Assembly (NCBI GenBank): GCA_048532905.1
Contig: DBGFTB010000032.1
Span: 2,915 to 66,914 of the forward strand
Reading direction: 5' to 3'
Source: Collinsella aerofaciens
Lineage (GTDB): Bacteria; Actinomycetota; Coriobacteriia; Coriobacteriales; Coriobacteriaceae
Length of the DNA stretch: 64,000 nt
Of this stretch, positions 39,776 to 47,673 are shown piece by piece; position 1 is the first letter of the stretch, and each line of letters begins with the position of its first letter. The position numbers were made by a program, and so were the translations under genes. The notes below the pieces were generated by a model. That model had not been told where the DNA came from and did not search any database. It worked only from the letters and a program-made list of their open reading frames with translations.

Positions 39776-41071
39776 ATGCTCGCCTTTTTACAAACCAACA
39801 CACCCATCGTGATCTTCAACCAGATTGTCGTCACGCTGCTCACGGTCTGCTTTCTGTACCAGGTGGTCTTCTTTGTCATTGGCGCTCTTCGTGGCGAGGT
39901 CGCGCCTCCCAAGGCCAAAAAACTCCATCGCTATGCCTTTTTTATCGCGGCGCATAATGAGGAGGCCGTGATCGCCAACCTCGTTCGCTCCATCAAGGAC
40001 CAGGATTATCCGTCCGAGCTCATCGAGGTTTTCGTGGTCGCCGATGCCTGCACCGACAACACGGCGCAGCTCGCGCGCGAGGCCGGTGCCATTGTTTACG
40101 AGCGCAATGACCTGGCCCGCAAGGGCAAGAGCTGGGTCATGGACTTTGGCTTCGACCGCATTCTCAACGAGTATCCCGACACGTTTGAGGGCTACTTTAT
40201 CTTCGATGCCGATAACGTTATCTCCCGCGATTACGTTTCCAAGATGAATGATGCCTTTGACCAGGGCTTCCATGTGGTCACGAGCTATCGCAATTCCAAG
40301 AACTTCGGCAGCTCGTGGATCTCGGCTGCTAATGCCACGTGGTATCTACGCGAGGCGCGCTTCCTCAACAACGCGCGTAATATCTGCAAGACGTCCTGCG
40401 CTGTTTCGGGTTCGGGCTACCTCATCTCCGCCAGCGTTATCGAGGGCATGCACGGTTGGCAGTTCCACACGCTGACCGAGGACATTCAGTTCACCACGTT
40501 CTGCGCCATTCACGGCATTCGCATTGGCTATGCGCCGGCGGAGTTCTTTGACGAACAACCCGTGACGTTTAAGGCGTCCTGGAAACAGCGCATGCGTTGG
40601 ACCAAGGGCTTCTACCAGGTGTTCTTTACTTACGGTAAGCACCTGGTCAAGTCGACCTTCCGCTACCATCGCTTTGCCGCCTACGACATGTTCATGACGA
40701 TCGCCCCGGGTATGCTGCTGTCGCTCATCTCGATGCTCGCCAATGCGACGTTCCTGATCGTGGGTGGACTCTCGCACGGCTTTTTGGCTACCGAAGTCGA
40801 GATGCAGGCCTGTGCCGCTTCGCTCATTATGACCTTCGCCATGATGTATCTGACTTTCTTTATCCTGGCGCTGCTCACGACTATCTTTGAGTACGAGCAC
40901 ATTCACTGCGCGCAAAAGTGGCGTCTGGTGACTAACCTGTTTACCTTCCCGATCTTTATGTTCAGCTATATCCCCATCACGGTGGCCGCGCTGTTCCTGA
41001 AGGTCGACTGGGTCCCGACGCAGCACGCCGTCAGCGTTACCCTTGACGAGGTCATGCAAGGCGCCAAATAA
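39776..41071 (+). CDS. GT2 processive-type membrane glycosyltransferase
   Basis: 'AAHNEE', 'FDADN', 'TED', 'QRMRW' (D,D,D,QxxRW) and C-terminal TM helices. Confidence 0.9.
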   Translation: MLAFLQTNTPIVIFNQIVVTLLTVCFLYQVVFFVIGALRGEVAPPKAKKLHRYAFFIAAHNEEAVIANLVRSIKDQDYPSELIEVFVVADACTDNTAQLAREAGAIVYERNDLARKGKSWVMDFGFDRILNEYPDTFEGYFIFDADNVISRDYVSKMNDAFDQGFHVVTSYRNSKNFGSSWISAANATWYLREARFLNNARNICKTSCAVSGSGYLISASVIEGMHGWQFHTLTEDIQFTTFCAIHGIRIGYAPAEFFDEQPVTFKASWKQRMRWTKGFYQVFFTYGKHLVKSTFRYHRFAAYDMFMTIAPGMLLSLISMLANATFLIVGGLSHGFLATEVEMQACAASLIMTFAMMYLTFFILALLTTIFEYEHIHCAQKWRLVTNLFTFPIFMFSYIPITVAALFLKVDWVPTQHAVSVTLDEVMQGAK

Positions 41072-41081
41072 CCACCACCAA

Positions 41082-41118
41082 AACCACCGCAAAGGGGACA
41101 GGCACCTTTGTGGTGGTT
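41082..41118 (+). repeat. REP-like hairpin, copy 2
   Basis: AACCACCGCAAAG-GGGACAGGCAC-CTTTGTGGTGGTT; one mismatch to the reverse complement of 33288-33324. Confidence 0.8.
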
Positions 41119-41152
41119 TTTGCTTTTGAGCAGCTGCTCAAGGAGGTTTTCG

Positions 41153-41575
41153 ATGATCTATATCCCGTTTTGGATTTGCATCTTTGCCGGCGTGGCAATT
41201 GATGCCCGAGAGCGACGGTTTCCCAATGGGCTTGCCGGCGCATGTGCCGTGGCGGCGTTGGCGGGCGTTTGGCTCGACCTCGGTTTGAACACAGCGCTTG
41301 ACCACGCCGGTCTTGCGGTCATCGTCTACCTTGGCCTTGTGCTTACCGAGTCGCTCTGGCGTAGAGTTCGCCACGCTCCTGGCATTGGCATGGGGGACGT
41401 CAAGGCACTCTTTGCCCTTTGTACCTTCGATCCCCTGGGCGGCGTTGTCGCGTTTGCGGTTGCGCTCCTGACCCTTGCCGTCGCTTGCCTCATCGCAAAA
41501 TCGCGCTCCCTGCCATTGCTCCCGTTTTTAGTGCCGATTTTTGCCATAATCGAGGTCGTGGGCTGCACTTTGTAA
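41153..41575 (+). CDS. A24 prepilin peptidase-like (TadV/CpaA-size) membrane protein
   Basis: 'AIDARERRFPN' and 'GIGMGDVKAL' Asp motifs; AAGGAGG RBS. Confidence 0.75.
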   Translation: MIYIPFWICIFAGVAIDARERRFPNGLAGACAVAALAGVWLDLGLNTALDHAGLAVIVYLGLVLTESLWRRVRHAPGIGMGDVKALFALCTFDPLGGVVAFAVALLTLAVACLIAKSRSLPLLPFLVPIFAIIEVVGCTL

Positions 41576-41606
41576 CCGATTGCGCATCCTTTTTAAGGAG
41601 CATGCC

Positions 41607-42854
41607 ATGGAATCTAATCAAGAAACGGCCGTCATTAAGGCGCGCATGGACCGTATTCCCTCGGCGTTGTCGCCCGAGCTTGTCGAGCGCATTGCCGCCG
41701 ATCGTGCTTCGGGCTATATCAACCCGTATCGTTGCAACGATGATCAGGTCATTCGTCGTATTGATCGCGCCGCCGACAAAGGCACGCTTATGCGTCCGGC
41801 GTTTATGCGCGATACCGAAAAGATACTTCATCTTCCGGCGTACACCCGTTATGCAGGCAAAACGCAGGTCTTTAGCTTCCGTAGCAATGATGATCTTTCA
41901 CGCCGCGGTTTGCACGTACAGCTTGTCTCCCGCATTGCGCGCGATATCGGTCGCGCCCTGGGGCTCAATTGCGATCTGATCGAGGCGATTGGCCTGGGTC
42001 ACGACTTGGGACACACGCCTTTCGGCCATGCCGGCGAGCGCTTCCTCAACGATATCTATCATGAGCGTACGGGGCGTTATTTTTTCCATAACGTGCAGTC
42101 GGTTCGCGTGCTCGACGCGTTGTATGGCCGCAACGTGTCGCTCCAGACGCTCGACGGCGTGCTATGCCATAACGGCGAGTACGAGCAGCGTGTGTTTGAG
42201 CTCTCGGACATGGGCTCCTTTGACCAGTTTGACCAGACGGTTGAGGATTGCATTGCCACGGGCTATAGCGCAATTGAGCATCTGCGTCCCATGACGCTCG
42301 AGGGCTGCGTCGTTCGCATCTCGGATATTCTTGCCTACGTCGGTCGTGACCGTCAGGATGCGATCGCGGCGGGCCTGCTTTCGCCCGACGCTTTTGATGA
42401 TGGCCGGGGCGGTGCCTACAACAGTTGGATCCTCACGCATGCCTCCATCGATATCGTTGAGCACAGCTATGGTAAGCCGCGCATCGAGATGAGCGAGGAC
42501 CTGTTTGAGGAAATTCGCCGAGCCAAGCGCGAGAACTACGAGAAGATCTATAGCAAGGGCGGTATCGAAGGCGATTCCGAGGCGGAGCTGCGCGAGGCGT
42601 TCGTAAAGCTCTACGACCGTTGCCTGCGGGATCTAAACAGTGGCGACGAGTCCTCTTACATCTTTAAGCACCATATTTCGCGCATTGAGCAGCAGCTTTC
42701 CTACTATGATCGCACCTATGCCTGGCAGGACGACAAGGATCAAGCCGTGGTGGATTATATCACGAGCATGACGGACGGTTATTTCTGCGAACTGACGAGC
42801 AAGCTGTTCCCTGGTCTGGAGTTTCCGCACCGTACCTATATTAACGAACGGTAG
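41607..42854 (+). CDS. dgt: HD-domain dNTP triphosphohydrolase (dGTPase-like)
   Basis: 'KTQVF', 'GHDLGHTPFGHAGE', 'HNVQS', 'VDYITSMTD'. Confidence 0.88.
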   Translation: MESNQETAVIKARMDRIPSALSPELVERIAADRASGYINPYRCNDDQVIRRIDRAADKGTLMRPAFMRDTEKILHLPAYTRYAGKTQVFSFRSNDDLSRRGLHVQLVSRIARDIGRALGLNCDLIEAIGLGHDLGHTPFGHAGERFLNDIYHERTGRYFFHNVQSVRVLDALYGRNVSLQTLDGVLCHNGEYEQRVFELSDMGSFDQFDQTVEDCIATGYSAIEHLRPMTLEGCVVRISDILAYVGRDRQDAIAAGLLSPDAFDDGRGGAYNSWILTHASIDIVEHSYGKPRIEMSEDLFEEIRRAKRENYEKIYSKGGIEGDSEAELREAFVKLYDRCLRDLNSGDESSYIFKHHISRIEQQLSYYDRTYAWQDDKDQAVVDYITSMTDGYFCELTSKLFPGLEFPHRTYINER

Positions 42855-42858
42855 TTCG
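42845..42858. promoter_or_regulatory. LexA (SOS) box upstream of rarA
   Basis: CGAAC-GGTA-GTTCG, 11 nt upstream of -10-like TATACT (42870-42875). Confidence 0.6.
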
Positions 42859-42908
42859 TATTAATTCGGTATACTGTTAGTGGAAAACGTATTTGATTGA
42901 TACACGGG

Positions 42909-44264
42909 ATGGCTATGGACGACCTTTTTTCTGCTTCGACGCGCGAGCGTTCCTTTCAGAATGCGCCGCTTGCGGTGCGCATGCGCCCCAATTCGCTCGA
43001 CGAGTACGTGGGCCAGCAAAAGGCCGTCGGTAAGGGTTCATGGCTGCGTGCCGCGATCGAGCACGACGTGCTTTCGAGCGTGATTCTGTACGGGCCTGCC
43101 GGTACGGGCAAGACGACGCTGGCCCACATTATCGCCAACCATACCAAGAGCGAGTTTGTCGAGGTCAGCGCCGTCACGGGTACCGTGAAGGACCTGCGTC
43201 GCGTGATTGATGAGGCCAAGACGCGCCTTAATACGTACGACCGTCGCACCATTCTATTTATCGATGAGATTCACCGCTTCTCTAAGTCGCAGCAGGATGC
43301 CCTGCTGCATGCAGTTGAGAACCGTACCGTCATTATGATTGGCGCTACGACAGAGAACCCGTACTTTGAGGTCAACTCGGCACTGTTGTCGCGCGGGCGC
43401 GTGGTGGAGCTTGAACATCTGAAGGATGAGGATATCGCCACGCTTATTGAGCGTGCGCTCGAGGCACCACAGGGCTTGAACGGAAAGTTCTCAGCCGATG
43501 AGGATACGGTCAAGACCATTTGCACGCTGGCAGCGGGTGACGCTCGCTCGGCGCTCACGACGCTCGAGCTTGCGAGCGAGATTGCCGTCACGCGTCCCGA
43601 TACCGAGGGAACGCCAGCGCCTGCGGCGGGGGAGCGCTATCCCATCACCGTGGATGACGTGAAGATTGCCAACCCGCGTCGCGGCTTTACGTATGACAAA
43701 AACGGCGACATGCACTACGACATCATCAGTGCGTTCATCAAGTCCATGCGCGGTAGTGACCCCGATGCCACGATCTATTGGCTCGCGCGCATGATCGATG
43801 CTGGGGAGGATCCTAAGTTTATCGCTCGCCGCATTATGATTCACGCTTCTGAGGATGTTGGCAACGCCGACCCGCAGGCGCTTTTGGTGGCGCATGCCGC
43901 GTTTAAGTCTGCCGAGGTCATTGGCTATCCCGAGTGCCGCATTAACCTGGCTCAGGCTGCACTCTATGTGTGCTTGGCGCCAAAATCCAACGCGTGTGAG
44001 GCTTCGATCGATGCGGCGCTGGCCGATATCCATTCTAGTGGGCTTCGCGAGGTGCCGAGTTATCTGCGCGATCGCCATCGCCCGGGCAGCGATGAATACG
44101 GTGTGTATAAGTATCCACATGATTATCCCGAAGGCTGGGTCGATCAGCGCTATTTGCCCGAAGGCTTGGAACGCGGTGCATTTTGGCAGCCTGCCGGGCG
44201 CGGCTGGGAAGAGTGGCGCGTAGAGCAAAGCGAACGAGACCGCAGCGGGAATGCACCGAGGTAG
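42909..44264 (+). CDS. rarA: Replication-associated recombination protein A
   Basis: 'PLAVRMRP', 'GPAGTGKTT', 'DEIHRF', 'ATTENP', 'ISAFIKSMRGSD'. Confidence 0.96.
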   Translation: MAMDDLFSASTRERSFQNAPLAVRMRPNSLDEYVGQQKAVGKGSWLRAAIEHDVLSSVILYGPAGTGKTTLAHIIANHTKSEFVEVSAVTGTVKDLRRVIDEAKTRLNTYDRRTILFIDEIHRFSKSQQDALLHAVENRTVIMIGATTENPYFEVNSALLSRGRVVELEHLKDEDIATLIERALEAPQGLNGKFSADEDTVKTICTLAAGDARSALTTLELASEIAVTRPDTEGTPAPAAGERYPITVDDVKIANPRRGFTYDKNGDMHYDIISAFIKSMRGSDPDATIYWLARMIDAGEDPKFIARRIMIHASEDVGNADPQALLVAHAAFKSAEVIGYPECRINLAQAALYVCLAPKSNACEASIDAALADIHSSGLREVPSYLRDRHRPGSDEYGVYKYPHDYPEGWVDQRYLPEGLERGAFWQPAGRGWEEWRVEQSERDRSGNAPR

Positions 44265-44364
44265 CTGCTGATAATTTTGTCCCACGTTGCTGCTCTTGGC
44301 ATGTTCGGTCCCCTTTGGGGTACCATGAAAAGCGTCTGTATTTCGATTCTTCCGGGAGGCTTGT

Positions 44365-44952
44365 ATGAGTCCCATTCAAATCGCCCTGCTGCTGCTCGCC
44401 GTTGCCGGCGTGTGGGCCATCGCTGAGCTCGCGCTTACCCTGCGCAAGACCCGCAATGTTGTCGACTCGCTCGATAAGACCGTGAACGACCTCAACAACA
44501 CCATCGCCGAGGCTCAGCCTGTGGTGGCAAAGCTCGATGGCGCTGTCGATGAGCTTACGCCGGCGCTTGCCCAGATGGAGCCGCTGCTTAAGTCGAGCAA
44601 GACGGCAGTTGATGCCCTTACCTCCAATCTCGTAGAGGTCGAAGCCGTGGTTCGCGACATTTCCGAGGTTACGGGCAGCATGGCCGAGGCCAGCAATGCT
44701 GTGTCGAGCGTGACCGACTCTGCCGCCGGTGCTGTGCAGAAGCTCTTCAATAAGGTGAAGGCTCCTGCAGCCGACGCCGATCGCAAGCTCGCCGCTGCCG
44801 CTGCGGAGGCCGAGCAGCCTACCGAGCGCATCCTAATTGGCGAGGACGAGGCCGCCGCGGGCGACGATGATGGTCAGAAGTCTGTATCCAAGCCGGCTCA
44901 GTATTACACCTATACGCCCGCCGAGACCTCTGAGGAGTCCTGCGATGAGTAG
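44365..44952 (+). CDS. DUF948/YtxG-like membrane-anchored coiled-coil protein
   Basis: N-terminal TM then amphipathic repeats; GGGAGG RBS; first gene of sigma operon. Confidence 0.65.
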   Translation: MSPIQIALLLLAVAGVWAIAELALTLRKTRNVVDSLDKTVNDLNNTIAEAQPVVAKLDGAVDELTPALAQMEPLLKSSKTAVDALTSNLVEVEAVVRDISEVTGSMAEASNAVSSVTDSAAGAVQKLFNKVKAPAADADRKLAAAAAEAEQPTERILIGEDEAAAGDDDGQKSVSKPAQYYTYTPAETSEESCDE

Positions 44953-45322
44953 CGAAGCAACCTGCCCTATCACGCTGACCGTTGCCGGTGACCCGCGTCT
45001 CGCTCGCCTTGTGCGCATGACGGCAGCCAACGTTGGTGCCCTGTGCTCTATGTCTGTCGATCGCATCGAGGACATCCGCATGGCTGCTGAGGAGGCTTTC
45101 ATCTTTGGTTGCACCGCGGTCGACTGCGATGACATCACCATCAAATTCGATGTCGATGAGACCCACGTTGGCATGACTATTACCTTTGGCGACCAGGCTA
45201 CGGTCGATGAAGACGACCAGGCTGCGGTGTATGCCGAGCTCATCCTCGCGAGCGTGTGCGACTCCTACGAAAAGACTACGGCGCCCCTGACGCTTTCCCT
45301 CGACCTCAAGGCGGATATCTAA
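44945..45322 (+). CDS. RsbW-like anti-sigma factor with degenerate kinase motifs
   Basis: 'RLVRMTAANVG...IEDIRMAAEEA'; directly upstream of SigB/F sigma. Confidence 0.75.
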   Translation: MSSEATCPITLTVAGDPRLARLVRMTAANVGALCSMSVDRIEDIRMAAEEAFIFGCTAVDCDDITIKFDVDETHVGMTITFGDQATVDEDDQAAVYAELILASVCDSYEKTTAPLTLSLDLKADI

Positions 45323-45323
45323 T

Positions 45324-46115
45324 ATGACCGAACGTTCCCGGAGCGGCAAGACCGCTTGGGACAAGGAGAAAACCCGCGAGCTGTTTCGTCGCTACAAAGA
45401 AACCGGTGATCCGGACGCGCGCGAGCAGCTCGTCATGTCCCATATGAACCTGGTAAGGTTTCTTGCCAACAAATTTAAGAATCGCGGCGAGCCGCTCGAC
45501 GACCTCATGCAGGTCGGCTATCTGGGTTTGCTCAAGGCTATCGACCGCTTTGACCCCGAGCGCGGGCTCGAGTTCACGACGTTTGCAACACCCACTATCC
45601 TGGGCGAGATCAAACGCCATTTTCGCGACAAGGGCTGGAGCGTGCGCGTACCTCGTCGTCTGCAGGAGCTCTCGGCCAAGGTCAACCAAGCTACTGACAA
45701 ACTTACCAACGAGCTGCAGCGTTCGCCCAAGGTTGAGGAGATCGCTGAGTATCTAGATGTGACTGTCGATGAGGTCCTCGAGGCTATGGAATCGTCTTCG
45801 GCCTATACCTCGGTGCCCATCGAGGCTCCTGGTGCGTCCGATTCCGACGATGCCCCCTCGATTCTCGACCGTTACGCCGACGACGACAACGAGCTCGACT
45901 TTACCGATGACCGCCTAGTGATCGAGGAAGCCATCCGTGATTTCTCGCCGCGCGAGCGCGAGGTGATCGAGCTGCGCTTTGTGAAGGGCATGACCCAGAT
46001 CGAGATCGCCAAGAAGCTTGGTATTTCTCAGGTGCAGGTTTCGCGTCTGCTGCGCCGCACGCTTAAGAAGATTCAGGACAAGATCGACCCCGACGGAGTG
46101 ATGATTCGTTCATGA
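45324..46115 (+). CDS. sigB: SigB/SigF/SigG family sigma factor
   Basis: 'DDLMQVGYLGLLKAIDRFD', 'FATPTILGEIKRHFRD', 'ISQVQVSRL'. Confidence 0.9.
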   Translation: MTERSRSGKTAWDKEKTRELFRRYKETGDPDAREQLVMSHMNLVRFLANKFKNRGEPLDDLMQVGYLGLLKAIDRFDPERGLEFTTFATPTILGEIKRHFRDKGWSVRVPRRLQELSAKVNQATDKLTNELQRSPKVEEIAEYLDVTVDEVLEAMESSSAYTSVPIEAPGASDSDDAPSILDRYADDDNELDFTDDRLVIEEAIRDFSPREREVIELRFVKGMTQIEIAKKLGISQVQVSRLLRRTLKKIQDKIDPDGVMIRS

Positions 46116-47521
46116 GTGAGCACCCCCAACAAACCGATCGCGTGCTGCGCGACACTCGCATTCTGACGCTGCGCATTTGGGCTGTTGTCGGCTGCATTGT
46201 CATCGCCGCTGTCATCTTTAACCTTATGGGCATCCTGGCGCCGGTTATTGAGTTTCTTGCCGTCGGCTCCATCATTGCCTTTGTGATGTCCCCGATCACC
46301 AACTGGCTCGAGCACCATGGCGTGAATCGCGGCATCGGTTCGCTTATCGCGCTTATTGTTGTTGTTGCCGTGCTCGTCGGTGTCGTTTGTATCTTGTCGC
46401 CGATTCTCTTTGGTCAGATCATGGAAGTCCTGAGCCGCCTGCCCGAGCAGCTTCGTGTTGCAGGTGGCGATCTCAACGAGATGATCTCGCATGCAAAGAC
46501 GCTCAACAACACGCCGCTCAAGGAGTATTTGGACGATAATCTTTCGTCGCTGGTTGCCGTGGCATCGAGGTATGTGTCTCAGATTGCCGCCGAGCTTGGT
46601 CGTGGTGTGTTCCCACTCATCACCAATACGGCCTCGCAGCTGTTCGTTATCTTCCTTGGCCTGGTGCTTGCCTACTGGATGGCCTGCGACTACCCTCGCA
46701 TGCACCACGAGATTTGCACCATCATCGGTCAGGAGAAGGAGACCTCGTACCGCTTTATGGTCGCCATCCTTTCTCGCTCTGTCGGCGGCTACATGCGCGG
46801 TATGGTCGTGACGTCCATCTGCGGTGGTTTCCTCGCCTTTATCGGTTTTATGATCATCGGCCATCCGTATGCGGCGCTCATGGCTATCTTTACCGGCATC
46901 ATGCATTTGGTTCCGGTCGTCGGTCCCTGGGTGAGCGCAGCAATCGCCACGGTGCTCGGTTTCATGTTCAGCCCCATGTTGGCGTTATGGACGCTCATCG
47001 TGACGATGGTCGCGCAAAACGTCACCGATAACGTCATTTCGCCCAAGGTCATGCAGAGCTCGGTGCAGGTGCATCCCATCATGAGCCTCACGGCGCTCGT
47101 TATTGGCTCGGCACTCATGGGCCCCATCGGCATGATTATTGCCATCCCGCTTTGTGCGGCCCTCAAGGGTATCTTCGTGTACTACTTCGAGAATGAGACC
47201 GGCCGACAGCTTGTGGCCTATGACGGCGCCGTGTTTAAGGGCACGCCGTACCGCGATGCCGATGGCAACCCGGTCGCCGCCTACGACGCGCTCGGCGACG
47301 ACACCTTCATCTACGAGTCCGAGCTCATCGGCAACGAGACTGCGCCCGAGGCCAAGGCCATGCCCAAGCCCGATCTCGATAATCCCTGGATCAAGCTCTC
47401 TGGTCTGCAGCCCGATGCGACGGGCTTCTTCAAGAACCCCTTCGCTAAGGATGACGATTCCAACACGGATGACGACACCAAAACCGGCATCGACGGCTCC
47501 ATGGACGATGATGACAACTAG
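46112..47521 (+). CDS. AI-2E (PerM) family transporter
   Basis: TM helices, 'LVPVVGP', 'NVISPKVM', 'VHP', 'IAIPL'. Confidence 0.9.
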   Translation: MSEHPQQTDRVLRDTRILTLRIWAVVGCIVIAAVIFNLMGILAPVIEFLAVGSIIAFVMSPITNWLEHHGVNRGIGSLIALIVVVAVLVGVVCILSPILFGQIMEVLSRLPEQLRVAGGDLNEMISHAKTLNNTPLKEYLDDNLSSLVAVASRYVSQIAAELGRGVFPLITNTASQLFVIFLGLVLAYWMACDYPRMHHEICTIIGQEKETSYRFMVAILSRSVGGYMRGMVVTSICGGFLAFIGFMIIGHPYAALMAIFTGIMHLVPVVGPWVSAAIATVLGFMFSPMLALWTLIVTMVAQNVTDNVISPKVMQSSVQVHPIMSLTALVIGSALMGPIGMIIAIPLCAALKGIFVYYFENETGRQLVAYDGAVFKGTPYRDADGNPVAAYDALGDDTFIYESELIGNETAPEAKAMPKPDLDNPWIKLSGLQPDATGFFKNPFAKDDDSNTDDDTKTGIDGSMDDDDN

Positions 47522-47570
47522 CGGGGTAATTCGGATTAATATTCATACGCGCTAACATGCAATTTCGCTG

Positions 47571-47601
47571 AAGGGCCGGCATTGTGCCGGCCCTCTTTTT
47601 T
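47571..47601 (+). terminator. Rho-independent terminator
   Basis: AGGGCCGGCA-TTG-TGCCGGCCCT-CTTTTTT. Confidence 0.8.
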
Positions 47602-47673
47602 GCACTTGCGCGGTGGGATGGTAATATCGTTACGTTTGAACTGTTTCGATGTGAAACCGAGGAGATTCCCTCT

